Part shown: positions 38,119-53,310 of the stretch, piece after piece | How the letters are laid out: each line of letters begins with the position of its first letter | Position numbering within the stretch: the stretch's first letter is position 1 | NCBI GenBank assembly: GCA_964016885.1 | Contig: OZ024741.1 | Coordinates: 384,400,001 to 384,464,000 of the forward strand | Source: Eledone cirrhosa | Taxonomy: Eukaryota | Direction of reading: 5' to 3' | DNA: 64,000 bases | The notes under the pieces: model-generated | What the model was told of the DNA's origin: nothing | Database searches by the model: none | The model's input: only the letters and a program-made list of their open reading frames with translations | Translations under genes and position numbers: made by a program

Positions 38119-39490
38119 TTAAGTATGTGTGTTCCTCCCTCTGAGTGAAGTAATAGATTGGTTTCTGAGAAGAATAGAAATAGTTTTATTCAACTGGATA
38201 TTGCTAGCTACTACTCTTCGATCTCAGCCGTAGTTCTAAACAAGGCCCTTGTATTCGTGAAGAGTAGCACCGACCTAACCTAAATAGAAATCATCCACGC
38301 CACTAGGAAGACCTTGATCCGTTTCGGTGTCGCCCTCTCAACCAGAAGTGATAGACACAACAACTTCAATATCACTATGAGTTCCAGCGACTCCGTGCAG
38401 GTAACGGACCTCGTTGTGTTGTTCAAACTTAAACAATTTAAGAAGGAAATTCGCAACCTTGGCGGTGGTTTATACTGTGATGATGCCCTCTTCACACTCT
38501 CTGACAATAGTATTAATATGCTGGACAGAATGAAGAGGTGAATTAGGTACTTGTTTTTAGAAATTTAGGACTTATAATATAAGTAGACCATAATAGACCA
38601 TACAATTCCATTCGAAAACTAGACTCGAAGAAGGAGGAACCAATTAAACACTGGGGGTGGGGGCGCTGCACAATACAGATACTCACCAAAAATCTCAGGA
38701 CCTAGAAATGACTTAGTACTAAGATCTAACACCATTACGCTTGCGGGGACTGCACAAGCCTCCCAGAATGCGCTGAATAAACGCAATGCACAAGACAGGA
38801 CGAATGCCACCGCAGACCACCCGGGCCCATGCGTCTCCAACCACAGGACATGAATTAGAGTAAACAGTGAAATGCTCCAGCGTGGAAACACTGGTGCCGA
38901 CCACGAACGTCACCGCGCAGCGGAACAAAGGCTGTGCTCGTGGGTGGAGGGCCACTATAACCAGCCGCTCCAGGCTACACATTAGACATCTCACAGTCAA
39001 TACACGGATGTCGACCAGATTATGTGACTTCAGAAACCCCGTCTCGTGCTCGCTAGATAATAAATGCCTGGAGAAATATCTAGTTTACCAGCAAAGTCAC
39101 TATCCTCAACTCGACGTATAGAAGAAGCGTCGATGAACTTCAAGGGCAAGTGGTATAATCACCGGAATTCCTTTAAACGCAAAAGCACGGCCCTTTCCGA
39201 ACTTCTCTGGGAGCTTAAGTTGGACATGATCCCATACTCTTTGGTTTGGTCCATGTTTGGGAGATACCCCGAGCTGAGGTGACTCAAGTATATGTAAACT
39301 CTGTCTGAGTGAGACCCTTGAGATATTAAGAGGGGGAACACAAATAATTAATAGAAGGGTTGATCTTTGGTGCCTGTCTACACTTAAGAACAGGAATTTT
39401 CCTCGAGCTATAAGGTTACAAACCCTGCTTCCTGAGGTTCCAGATGGATCACCACTGCCTCCTATTTCTATCACCTAAATACATGGCTAT
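38119..39490 (+). pseudogene. Highly degenerate Naiad-type PLE (RT and endonuclease remnants)
   Basis: FNITMSSSDSVQVTDLV, GLYCDDAL, CDFRNPVSCSLDNKCL, FKGKWYNHRNSF..STALSELLWELK, CKLCLSE. Confidence 0.75.
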
Positions 39491-39493
39491 ATC

Positions 39494-39534
<41 letters not shown>

Positions 39535-39549
39535 TTATATATATATATA

Positions 39550-39937
39550 CGACATCATCAGTGGTATTATTATGTTTGTTCCCGTTGTATTGTAAAGTCT
39601 ATGCCATTTTTATTTAATTTAATAAATTAATAAATTAAATAAAAATGGCGTAGGCTTTACGATACAACGGGAGGAAACATAATAATACCACTGATGATGT
39701 CGCAGATGTGTGACGAAAGATTATTGATAGACTATATATATATTTATATCTGTATTTTTAACCGTTGGTCAATCAATGATAAACATTGATTGCCAAATAA
39801 AGTAACTATGGAGATATAGAAGATACAGAAGCGAAAACCAACCCAAATCAAACAGTGAGTGTGTTCTGTTATTATTTCTGGCAATATTATAACAATATGA
39901 CCCTCCCTAAGTATAACAATATTTGTTTCGAAACACG

Positions 39938-39944
<7 letters not shown>
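39550..39944 (+). mobile_element. pLTR fragment of a sister PLE family, with fold-back 5' end and decayed HHR (39686-39729)
   Basis: UACCA-CUGAUGA-U-GUCGCA-GAUG-UGUGAC-GAAA; 39551-39620 inverted vs 39632-39702; ends in MTLPKYNNICFETRF, homologous to the ORF start at 45530. Confidence 0.75.
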
Positions 39945-40032
<88 letters not shown>

Positions 40033-40123
40033 CAAAGGAATTGTGGTAAGGAACCAAATGGACCATAACGCACCAGAGTATTCAATACTTAGGGTAGCAG
40101 AATGGGAAATAGGAAAAAGTATG

Positions 40124-40220
40124 ACCCCGATGGCAGAGCTCAAGCCGTTTCGACGGTTATTTCTGGACTAAATTAGAATTTTTAGCCTGGTGAATAAATA
40201 GTCGAACTTTTCAAGGGGGT
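40124..40220 (-). ncRNA. Type I hammerhead ribozyme, U3-A8 core variant
   Basis: ACCCCC-UUGAAAA-G-UU-CGACUAUUU...AAAUAACCG-UC-GAAA-CGGC...GCCA-UC-GGGGU. Confidence 0.8.
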
Positions 40221-40865
40221 ACTTCTTTATATGGGAAGATTGTAGTTGTCAAGAGGATTGGTTAAAATTTGTTGTAAACATAAATAAGTCTATCATGGCA
40301 TTTGGTGGGAGGTAGGGGTGGCTGAACTTGCCTGTAGAACAATGGTGGAGTGAGTGGTGCGATCAAGCGTTGAAAGTAATATGTATACATCAGATTCTAA
40401 GGATAGTGTATGAAGTGGGGGAGGGAGGTTATAGAATAAGTAAATCGAAAGAGAGTAGGAGACAATAAAAGATACTAGAAAGAAATTAAAAAAATTAAAA
40501 AAATATAAAATCACCCTACAAACGTCCCTAACCCGAGTCAATTTCTTGGACGTTACCCTTAACCTCGAAAATGATCTGTACTACCCATACAAGAAACCAA
40601 ACGACAACCTGCACTACATCCACCGCCGCTCTAACCATCCTAGAAACATCACCAATAATCTGGTTAAAAACATCTCCCTCCGCATATCACGTTTGTCCCC
40701 TAATGAGTAGATATTCGACGAACACGCGCCTCATTACAACCAGGCCCTCAAGCGGAGCGGCTTCCGAGAGGAAATATTCTTTATCCAGCTTCCCTTAGCG
40801 GATCCAGCAGGTGACACCGCCGCTCACGCAACGTAACGGGATTCAATCCTCCCCACAATGGCGAG

Positions 40866-41519
40866 GTGGCAACACCTATCGGTAAAATCTTCTTTAGACT
40901 CCTCGAAAAACACTTCCCACTACAACACCGCTACCACATCATAATCAACAAAAACAACATCAAACTCTCCTACAACACCACACCTAACTTCGCACAAAAC
41001 ATCGTCTCCTCAAACAACAAAAAACTCAACCCCTATGGAAGAAATAACCTAGACATCAGTGGAGAGCCGACCAGGAGGTGTAACTGCCCTGATAGATCCA
41101 CGTGCCCCCTCAACAACAAATGCCGAGAACGTAACGTGATCTACCAGTGCAACGTGAGGACGGACACCTCCAACAAAGCTTATATAGGATTAACCACGTG
41201 TGACTTCAAGACCCGGCTCTACCAACACCGACACACTTTCCGAAACCCGGTTCGGCGACATGCCACTACACTTTCGGGCCACATATGGGACCTCCAAGAT
41301 AACAATATAACCTACAATCTCACTTGGAGCATACTGTCCAGAGCTAACTCTTACACCGGAGGACGCCGTTCGTGTAACTTATGCTCGGAGGAAACATTAC
41401 AAATGGTGTTTTCGAAGGACCAACTCCTAAACAAGAAAGATGAACTGGTAACCGCATGCAAACACAGATTGCGTAGGACTTACCTCGCCCTCAAACCCTA
41501 TAACGACCCGAGTGGTTAG
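40866..41519 (+). pseudogene. Naiad GIY-YIG endonuclease region (open frame, 5' part lost)
   Basis: KHFP..NNIKLSY, CNCPDRSTCPLNNKC, YIGLTTCDFKTRLYQH, CNLCSEE. Confidence 0.9.
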
Positions 41520-42196
41520 ACAAGGGCTGATACGCCCCCCCCCCCAACATTTGCCGTATAAGTTAGGGGAAACTCCAGCTTACATAGGTAAATATATCTC
41601 TTTTATGTTCCTCTTTGTCTCCTTTTTCCCCCTGTCTCATCCTATCACTTCCTTCCACCCCCTATTTTCTTCCGCGTCTGCTTTCCACTTTCGCCTACCC
41701 CGATGCCAGCCATCGGCCTTGTAGCATCATTTCCCCCCCCCCCCCCTGTTATTTTAAGATAGAATTGGCCGAATACGTTTTACTAACTACTTATAGCAGA
41801 TGTGTTAAAAGCCCCTTTAAGTTTGTATCTGTTTTGTAATTTCTATAAGTGTTTCCTATTCTCAACTTATTAACCTGTAATTGTAAGATAGCATTGTGAT
41901 TTCTTTATTCATTTTTCACTATCTAATTTTTTTTTTCTCTAGTGTCTTTTATTGTCTCCTACTCTCTTTCGATTTACCTATTCTATAACCTCCCTCCCCC
42001 ACTTCATACACTATCCTTAGAATCTGATGTATTCATATCACTTTCAACGCTTGAGCGCTCCACTCACTTCCCTATTGTTCTACAGGCAAGTTCAGTCACC
42101 CCTACCTCCTACCAAATGCCATGATAGACTTATTTGTATTTACAACAAATTTTAACCAAATCTCTTGACAACTACAATCTTCCCATATAAGGAAGT

Positions 42197-42293
42197 ACCC
42201 CCTTGAAATGTTCGGCTATTTATTCACCAGGCTAAAAATTCTAATTTAGTCCAGAAGTAGCCGTCGAAGCGGCCTGAGCTTTGCCGTCGGGGT
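42197..42293 (+). ncRNA. Type I hammerhead ribozyme, U3-A8 family (A9 and A15.1 mutated in this copy)
   Basis: ACCCCC-UUGAAAU-G..CGGCUAUUU/AAGUAGCCG..GAAG-CGGC...GCCG-UC-GGGGU. Confidence 0.7.
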
Positions 42294-42303
42294 CATACTT
42301 TTT

Positions 42304-42350
<47 letters not shown>

Positions 42351-42499
42351 CTACAAATGTAGCCGCTGCATACAGGACTGACACACCCATGTGGGTCTGT
42401 GTAACCACAGTAGCCACTGCACTGCCATCAGCAGCTGACACAAAATTCTCTAGGTGTAGATCCATGGTCTTTCGAAACCGACGGATGCTAATAATAATG

Positions 42500-43680
42500 A
42501 TAATATATATAGATTAACGTTTTTAAGTATGAGGTACGCTCAAGAGATTTTGAGACTTTTATCAAAGAGACAATTATTTCATTGAGATCAACACAAAACC
42601 CTTGTCTCCCTCAAAGTAGGGTTATCTAATTCCAATGCACTTGTGGCGCTCTTGTGACGAAATCTCTTTCTGAATTGTCTCAAAACCTCTATATAGTACT
42701 CTTTATTGACTGACATACATCAACTACTCTCCGTTCTCGTAGAAAATGTATACTTTACTTTTCATCACCGCATATACAATCAAACCATGGGCCTACCCAT
42801 GGGATCCAGTTTTTCAGCTAAATCGTCTAGCGCTTAACACCTGCTACTCATGTGTCTTCTTCACCTGATACATAGATGATATACTCATCCTCACACTATC
42901 ACGTGAAAAGGCCGACAGAATATCTACAACATTCTCAAACATAGATAACAACATAAGATTCAACGAAAACATAACCACATCAATCCGCAGAGCTCTGGAA
43001 GGAATGGACATACAATTAGCTCACTCGGGCCCTTCATTGCGAGGACACCTATCTAAAAAGCAAACTAGTGACAACAACACACACTAACTCACTGCTCTAT
43101 CCACGACACAGGTATGTAGCAGCTGACATATGTGGTATACTGGATTGAATGCAACAAATGTAAGGTGTGCTACATTGGTAGTACGACTCGACCGCTCCAT
43201 ACCCGCATTAAAGAACACCTCAACACACACGTATCGTCATTCAAAAAGCACATTGACAAATGAAAAAACACCAACAGAAAGATAACAGTTTATATTGAAG
43301 CCAGAGAGAGAAATATGAGCAACTTAAGAATAAATGAAACATTGTTTATACGTGGGCTCAACCAACAAATCAACAACAGAATGCAACTCAGCACACAATA
43401 CCGGCATAAAAGGACAAATTCACACGCAGCCACACGCAACCTAAATACAACAATTTACACAATAAATTTTCTTCCATGAGATAATACATAAAGCAATTGA
43501 CGTCACCCTCCTGCTTCTCGTGGATACTACAACAAATATCAAACACAACGCTTGAAAGCGGTTTCTAAATTTTAAATTTAAATCTAATTTCAAAGCGATA
43601 AGACTAGAATGTTTTCCTCTGAGAGTTCACTATACTCTGAGGAACGAAATAAAAGTTGCGAAATATTAGGACGAAAAACA
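42500..43680 (+). pseudogene. Degenerate Penelope-like element (RT remnants + GIY-YIG)
   Basis: YNQTMGLPMGS, YIDDIL, VVYWIECNKCKVCYIGSTTRPLHTRIKEH, LRINETLFI. Confidence 0.75.
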
Positions 43681-43692
43681 AAAAAATAATAA

Positions 43693-43873
43693 TAATTGTT
43701 TCTTTTTTGGCACAAGGCCAGCAATTATCCCAGTGCATTACTGGTACTTTATTTTATTGACCCCGTAAAGATGAAAGGCAAAGTTATGCTCGGCGGCTTT
43801 GAACTCAGACCGTAAAGGTACGTAACTCTATATGCAAAGCATGCTGTCTGGCCCTCTACCGATACTGCCAATC
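43693..43873 (-). mobile_element. tRNA-derived SINE
   Basis: Family sequence. Confidence 0.9.
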
Positions 43874-44150
43874 CATGATTTATCAGTTACGTTTTCACTT
43901 ATGTTTGAATAATTGTGTCGCAAATGGTTTGATATTTCACACGATTTTAATTCTGCTTGACCTTTAGTGTGAAATTTAAATCAAAAACTGTATTTTTAAG
44001 TGATACCAAAACTTCATGCCAAACTCTCAATCTTAAATGATGCTATGAATTCGTCCAACCACACTGTACTGATGTTATTTCTGGCCTCTCTATACATAAA
44101 AAAATATCTTTTTCTTCATTTCGCATTGTCTTAGCCTTACTATACATATC

Positions 44151-44193
<43 letters not shown>

Positions 44194-47100
44194 CGTTTCT
44201 GAATTTGTTTAGCAAGATTCTTTATCTGAAAACGTGTGTTGAAACCGATATTGTTATACTTTGGGAGGGTCATGTTGCCAATAAGAAACACACGCACCAG
44301 TTGCTTTCACTTCAATTTATTATAAATTAAATTTATAAATTTAGGAATTTATAAATTTCCGGTTGGTTGGTTGGTTGGTTGGTTGGTTTCCCAACCAGAT
44401 GATTGTTCATATATTGTCAAACTTCTTTCGTCACACATGAAAAGGGTATGTATTGCTAATAAGTGTTTTTTATGGAGGTACCTGGTCTTTCTACTATCTT
44501 AATATTGAGTTTATGTTTATCTAGGGCCCTTCTAAATTTGTAAGCTAATTCACCTCTAGGGGTTGTATCGATGAACTCTGGTATTTATTGCTATCATACC
44601 ATGAGTTTATTCTATTAACCTTATTCCTAGTTCTTTCTATTCTATTCCAAAATTTGCTCCTATACAAGGGGCAGGTCCCATTTGTATCATTATTTACCAT
44701 TTTTTCCTATTTGGGTCTGGCCAGGTACCTCCATAAAAGCACTTATTCGCAATACATACCCTTTTCAAAGACCTCCCTGTATAGATAAGAAATGTATAAT
44801 CTGTAAATTAAGCCCCCATATTAACTGTAAAACTAGAAATGTAGTATATAGCATAAGATGTACTGAAGGACAATGTAGAGATAAGAATATAGTGTACATA
44901 GGTGAGACAGCTCGTAGTATAGGGGAACGGATAAATGAACACTGGCGAGAGCTTCAAGATAGTAAAGAATCATCAATACTCCACCAACATGCTAAAATAG
45001 AACATAAGGGCAAATTAGAGAACATAGAAATAAAAATAGAATCTACACACAGAAAAGACGCAATGTTTAGACAAATCACAGAGGCAATAAACATAAATGA
45101 ACTCCAACCAAAATTAAATAGAAAATATGAATGGAACAGCAACATCACAACTTATAATTAAGGACAAAATGAAAACACACACACACACAGAACAAACAAC
45201 CAACCAGTAACATGTAAATAAACAAATAAATAAAGAAATATAAACACACACAGACACCCGGATGTAACACATGCGCAAACTAAGCACACAACACACACAA
45301 AAACAAGATGGCGTAGGATAGAACAAAGGAGAGGCACAAAAACAAAGAAAAGAATCCCCAGTCACAGAAGAGGTCAAAGATTGTGTGACGAAAGAACTTT
45401 GACAATATATGAACAATCATCTGGTTGTGGAACCAACCAACCGGAAATTTATAACTTCCTAAATTTATAAATTTAATTTATAATAAATTGAAGTGAAAGC
45501 AACTGGTGCGTGTGTTTCTTATTGGCAACATGACCCTCCCAAAGTATAACAATATCGGTTTCAACACACGTTTTCAGATAAAGAATCTTGCTAAACAAAT
45601 TCAGAAACGAAATATCGTAAGCCTTTGCCAGGCTAACAAGATACTGAAAACCACCATATTCTGTTGTCTACGAAAAACAATAACATCTCGACAACTACAC
45701 TTCATAAAAGAATGTTCCTCGTCCCGAGTTTACACCAACACCATCAACACCGATGTAAGAAGATTACAACTCACCAAAAAGCAAGCAGATAGGCTAAAAC
45801 GAACACTAATTCTAAACATAAAAAAGAAGATTTACAGAGAATTAAGTCATCAAGAAAAACATAAGCGTAACCTAATACAAGAAATAACTAAGATCACCAC
45901 ACCAAGAGAAAAATTAATATTTATAAACCTTATATGTCTTGAAGAAAAGTACATTGTTCAAGAATGTGACAAGCACTTTAACAAGAAACTAAAGTGGCTC
46001 AAACAGATAAAACTAAATTAAGATACTTTAGAGAATATCGATAGATATCCCGACAAAATTGACGGTATAAATATGTCCGACATCTCATTAACAGATGAAT
46101 TCAACAACAACAACACAAATATATACGACAACACTACAGTCGACTCTGGTGAATTATCGATATTACAGCTACCACCTAAATATGCCACATATAATAAGGT
46201 AAATATGATAAAATGCTTGTCAGAAATAGAAAAATCATTTACAAAATTACGTTGGAGCCTCAAAAACAAAAACAAAAACAAAAGTAACAACATACGCGCA
46301 CACACACACACATACATACAACACACATCCCAACAACAACAGACACACAGACACAAACAACGATAACAACAACACACACATCAACATCAACAATAATAAC
46401 ATACTCAGAAACAACAACAAAAGACATGCAGACACAAACAACAATAACAACACACACAACAATTATAACATACACGGAGACAACAACAACAACAACACAC
46501 ATCAACAACAGCACACATCAACAACAACAGACACACACACACACATTCTATGCCTCTCACCACCACCACAATCTTAACAAACACACAGACACAGAAAACA
46601 GGTAATGACAGTAACACAGAAATAAGGGAAGGTAATAAGATTGAAAGCAGAAGGGAGACTATCAATACTGACAGAGAAAATAACCAGGACGAACACACAG
46701 ACACACAAAATAGAATAGATAATAACAATGAGCCAGAGGAAAGAGACAGGAGTAATAATGAGAGACATAGAAACAACCATGAGGCTGCTGGTGGAAATAG
46801 AAATAGAAACAACACAACTAACAATAACAATAGCAATAGTACACATAAAGCAGCAGCCTGGAACTCTACTTTTTATAATCCTTCCGATAAGTCTTTCGAC
46901 CTACGACGAGTACACGCCACGACTTTAGCTTTTAACAAACGCACGCAATTGCCGTCGCAGGTCGATGAACAAACAGAAGCACAATTTAGTATAGGTAGAT
47001 CTAAACTTAGAAATATTATAGAACAGTATAGCAAGAAGCAAAATAGAATGGAGGCCCAGCAACTGGGAGAAAAATCTGCAAATGGCTTGCGTAAGCTCAT

Positions 47101-47765
47101 GCAGCGCTCGCGTAATGGAGAGATTGCATGCTTTCCAACATAGAAGTCTGGCAAAATGTCGGTTGACAGTCTGGCAGAATGTCGGTTGACAGTCTGTCAA
47201 ACTACATCCAGGCAATGCAACCCACATCACTAACATAAGAGAAGTAACACCACAAGAGCATCAGAGTAGGGAAAAAACCCTCAATGCCCATATGATGATG
47301 TGGACAAATATAATGCAGCCCAACAAAAGGACTGCCAACAACTTCCAGGCCAGGAACAATGACGTGCCAGCGTTGTATGGGCTTCGAAAAGACCATAAAA
47401 CGAGCAGTGGCCCTGTCACAGGACCACCAACACGGCCAGTCTGTGGAGCTAACATTGCTAGTAACTACAGTCTTTCCTACTTCCTCTCCCTGATCATACG
47501 TCCCATCGTTGAAATGTCCCCAGATATATGTGACAGCACGGAGGACCTTCTCAGCAGAATCGGCGAGAGTAACCGATCTAGGGACCTAACAAACTGCATA
47601 ATAGGTAGTATGGATGTTGTGTCCCTGTATCCATCTATTGTCGTGGATTTTGCTGTGGAGAAATGCGTAGAAATGATCAGTGAGAGCAATGTTGAATTCC
47701 GTGGGATTGATACCAGTGAGGTGGGTCACCTACTTAAACTTACCTATAGTAATGATTATCTAGAT

Positions 47766-50208
47766 CAAAGGTTCTCAACGGGGGGCATATGCACCCCCAG
47801 GGGGCGTTTCGGAAATCCAGGGGGGCGTTTGGGAGCAAGGGGGAATTAGGGGGGCGTTTGGAGCTTTGGAGTGCACTGGAAGACTCTTTACTTTGGTAAG
47901 TTTTATAAGCCATATTTGTATGTCTTTGAGACAGCCAGTGTGAATGCATTTGAATGAACATGCAGACAGCATAACTATGGTCTGACTGCAGCTGTGAGCA
48001 GGTGTGCAGGCGTGTCTAGACATTAACCGGCAATTGAGATCCTAACAATGGAAAAACCCACAGTCAACTGGGTCAAGGACACTTCAATCGCAGCCAGTTA
48101 GAATCTTGTCTTTCCTTCACCGATAACAATGTATTTCATGTCTGAAATTATGGACTCAACCGTAACGAGTTAACACTATGTAGATCTATTTTATTTCCTA
48201 TAGTATAAATATTATTAAAAATAAAAAAATTAAAAAAATCACAGAAGCGGGTAGCACACACATCTAGGACCACATACAACACATAATCAGATAATACATA
48301 CATTTAGGACCACATACAACACATAAGCAGGTAATACAAACATCTAGGACCACATACAACACATAATCAGGTAATACATACATCTAGGACCACATGCAAT
48401 ACATAAGCAGGTAATACATACATCTAGGACTACCTACAACACACACGCAGGTAATACATACATCTAGGACCAAATACAACACACATTGTATCATGTGCTC
48501 CGGACGACGCTAGAGCAATGGTCAGCCAACATAAGGGTTTCGTCACTCTTCTGAAGAGAGAAAATCTATCTGTATTTGTTGTTCATTGTGTCATTCATTA
48601 ACAACACTTGGTTGTGAAGAAACTCAGCAAGCCACTGAACAAGTCCTTGCAGGTGGCCCTTGATGTCATCAATTTTATCAAACGGCATTCCTCAATGAAC
48701 GAATTTTCCGGCAACTGTGCCAAGATAATGACGAAGAAATCGTCAAGTTGCTCCTTCATAATGAAGTAAGGTGGCTTTCAAAGGGCAACTGCCTTACTCA
48801 CTTCTTTGAACTGTTCGACTCTATCATTGAGTTTCTGCGAGGACGCAACACAGAACTGTACAAGAAACCCTCGATGTGAGGCAAAACTGCGCCTACCGCA
48901 CCGACATCGTCAACAAATGCAATAGCGTCATTTTGGCTTTGCAGGGGAAGAAGATCACCTTGCTTAAAGCAAGGAATGCTGTGAAAACATTCCTGGCCAA
49001 ATTGAATGTCATCGAAAGGAATCTTTGTTGACGGGAATTCTATAATTTTCCTAGTGTCGCCAATGTTCAAAACATTGTAAGCGATGACCAACTCCAAATT
49101 TATACCGCTCACCTCCGTGCGCTACAAGACAATATGAGAGAACGGTTTGTCGACCTTTTGCCGATGGACATCCCAATGTGGGTAGCAGATCCCTTCACAG
49201 CTAACGTCGATGATTTGGACGTTATATTTCAGGAAGAATTCATTGAACTTCAAGCAGATGACATGATCAAAATTAGATTTCCCAAAATAGGTGAACCCCT
49301 TTTTTGGATGCAAGAGGAAATTCAGCGTCGATTTCCACACCTACATGCAGAGGCTAAGAGATTTGCTCTGCCTTTTCCAAGCTCATACTTAGTCAAGAGG
49401 AGGTTTGGTGCTGTTTCCAGACTGCTCAGTAAGGCTCGCAACCGCTACAATGTAATTACATCTGGAGATCTCCGGCTACATCTTACGAAAAATCCAGCCT
49501 GACGTCAAAGAGTTAGCTAGACTCCATAAAGTTCAAGGGTCCCATTGAAATGAGGTCAAAGTTAAAGTAAGTTGATTTATCCGAAAACTTAGATATGCTA
49601 TTGTTACAAAGCAAACTAACATTTTTTTATATTTGTAGTTGCAGTCTGACTGGACTGGAAACCATCTACTACAATTCACTTACTCATTTGTTGTATATAT
49701 TTTACCATTTACTAATAAATACACCCTCCCGCGTGGTCATGAAAACCCTCTTCCGTGGTCTCTAAGCTCACAAAGAAGAGGGGACATCAAGTTAGATATC
49801 AACATTTATTCTGTCTGTTTCATTAAATGGAAAATTGGAAAGCTTTGAAATGATATAATTGCCACTTTCTTCCAGAGCACTCTTTGGATAGACAGAGTTG
49901 CTCTTGTATAAATGTTCAAAATAGTTGGTATCGCCTGGTGGGAATATAACAAATTCAACTGGTCCTTATTCATAAAAAAGAACATTTATGTTCCTTTTTT
50001 TTGAAATTTATATATTTCCTTTCAAGGAATGTATTTATACTCTCAGCTGCCTTCAATGGTATCTTTGGAATATTGTTAATCAATTTTTGAGTAATCTACA
50101 GATATCAAAATCAGTAGTATATTGAAAAATGGAAAAATAGGGTAGGGGCGTTTCGTGATTTCGAGGGACAAAAGGGGGCGTTTGGCCTAAATGGGTTGAG
50201 AACCTGTG
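47766..50208 (+). mobile_element. hAT (Buster/Charlie-type) DNA transposon inserted in the PLE RT
   Basis: 14-bp TIRs caaaggttctcaac / gttgagaacctgtg; 8-bp TSD ATCTAGAT (47758-47765, 50209-50216); broken transposase at 48490-49550 (HCVIH, EVRWLSKG, PFPSSYLV, GDLRLHLT); subterminal GGGGCGTTT motifs. Confidence 0.92.
48250..48486. repeat. 40-bp tandem repeat inside the hAT element
   Basis: About 6 copies of catctaggaccacatacaacacataagcaggtaatacata. Confidence 0.9.
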
Positions 50209-51736
50209 ATCTAGATACACATGACCTTAGCAACCTTTGCCCTACAAGACCAGCAAGAGGCAGACCACCTACCATTACCTCAATAGCCAAGAAAACCCAC
50301 ACAGATAGATGGAACGGGTGGACCAGAGCCATACGGACCCCCGAAAATCACGATGAACTAAAGAAAATGATTTCACATGCGGTGGGGGCCAGTATAAAAT
50401 TAATCCTTAAGGAACATAGGTTCAAATTTAATGGTAAAACATATGCCCAAGAGGAGGGAGCAGCCATTGGTGTTAGCATTGCAAGTGACATAGCTAACCT
50501 ATTCATGGTATGGTGGGACAATAGACTTAAACTTAAACTTAAAGAACAATTAGAAGTCAGCAACCTCTTAACCCTGATAATGTACTCCCGCTACGTTGAT
50601 GATATAAACATCGTAGTAAAAACACCCCCACTAGAGAACAGTCAGGAATTAGAGAAAAACACCATGGAAAGCATCCAACAAATAGCTAACTCCATCCACC
50701 AGAGTATTAGAGTTACTATAGACTACCCAAGCAAATACCCCAACCATCGATTACCTGTACTAGACACAGAGCTCTGGTTAGATACCATTAATAACAAAAA
50801 ACAAATCCTCCATTCCCATTATGCCAAACCCATGACTTCCAAATATCTGATATACTGAAACTCAGCTGTTTCGGACCATACCAAAATCAACATACTGATT
50901 GCAGATTTGGTACGCGTGATGAGAAACGTGTCCCGCATGTGCAACCCCAAAGAACTAGAGGGACACATACAACACTTCATCCACCGTATGCAGTTCTCAG
51001 AGAGATAAAATCAGACTATATAGAGGAGCCAGAACCAAATGGGAAAAAAATGGTAAATAATGATACAAATGGGACCTGCCCCTTGTATAGGAGAAAATTT
51101 TGGAATAGAATAGAAAGAACTAGGAATAAGGTTAATAGAATAAACACATGATATGATAGTAATAAATACCAGAGTGTAATGTTCATCGATACAACCCCTA
51201 GAGATGAATTAGCTTACAAATTTAGAAGGGCCCTAGATAAACATAAACTCAATATTAAGATAGTAGAAAGACCAGGTACCTCCATAAAAACACTTATTAC
51301 CCCTTTCAAAGACCTCCCTGTATAGATAAGAAATGTATAATCTGTAAATTAAGCCCCCATATTAACTGTAAAACTAGAAATGTAGTATATAGCATAAGAT
51401 GTACTGAAGGACAATGTAGAGATAAGAATATAGTGTACATAGGTGAGACAGCTCGTAGTATAGGGGAACGGATAAATGAACACAGGCGAGAGCTTCAAGA
51501 TAGTAAAGAATCATCTGTACTCCACCAACATGCTAAAATAGAAAACATGAATGGAACAGCAACATCACAACTTACAATTAAGGACAAAATTAAAACACAC
51601 ACAGACACAGAACAAACAACCAACCAGTAACATGTAAATAAACAAATAAATAAAGAAATATAAACACACACAGACACCCGGATGTAACACATGCGCAAAC
51701 TAAGCACACAACACAAAAACAAAAAAAGAATCCCCA

Positions 51737-51779
51737 GTCACTGAAGAGGTCAAAGATTGTGTGACGAAAGAACTTTGAC
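51737..51779 (+). ncRNA. Minimal type I hammerhead ribozyme in 3' pLTR
   Basis: GUCA-CUGAAGA-G-GUCA...UGAC-GAAA-GAAC-UU-UGAC; the upstream pLTR copy (45361-45403) reads CAGAAGA. Confidence 0.85.
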
Positions 51780-51918
51780 AATATATGAAAAATCATCTGG
51801 TTGTGGAACCAACCAACCAACCGGATATTTATAAATTCCTAAATTTATAAATTTAATTTATAATAAATTGAAGTGAAAGCAACTGGTGCGTGTGTTTCTT
51901 ATTGGCAACATGACCCTC

Positions 51919-52967
<1,049 letters not shown>

Positions 52968-52968
<1 letters not shown>

Positions 52969-53173
52969 CAAAGAAAGTGTGGTAAGGAACCAGGTGGACC
53001 ATAACGCACTAGAGTACTCGATACTTAGGGTAATAGAGTGGGTAATAGGGAAAGAGTCAGAACCCCGACAGCTAGATCCGAACTAACCCACCAGTATATA
53101 CTGCTGGGTTAGTTCGGATCTAGCTGTCGAAACGGCCGGAGCTCAGTCGTCGGGATCCTGACTCTGTTCCTAT
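52968..53173. mobile_element. Fold-back Naiad pLTR fragment (U3-A8 family, 3' half of HHR)
   Basis: Inverted arms centred on tatata near 53097; right arm ggatctagctgtc-GAAA-cggcc...agtcg-TC-ggga. Confidence 0.75.
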
Positions 53174-53310
53174 GTATATATATGTAATACGGAAAACGGA
53201 AAAGTGCCTGTTCCCCGTACCAGTTGGTTTAACATTGTCTGTATTGTCCAAAAATTTCAATTATTGGAATTGTGTCTCGTTTTTGTTGCCGTTTATATAT
53301 ATATATATAT

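Larger units (their letters stand above)
40031..42306 (+). mobile_element. 5'-truncated Naiad-type PLE with inverted pLTR
   Basis: 40110-40500 is an inverted copy of 41925-42306; coding part from about 40505 (VNFLDVTLNL..YIHRRSNHP); (TA)n at both ends. Confidence 0.9.

Noticed and set aside
43636-43672. CTGAGGA...GAAA motif after the degenerate PLE
   Set aside because: Position fits a pLTR HHR, but stems I and II do not pair convincingly.
48250-48486. CRISPR-like regular repeat
   Set aside because: Units are contiguous with no unique spacers, in a eukaryotic hAT; the same applies to 4120-4370 and 31100-31955.
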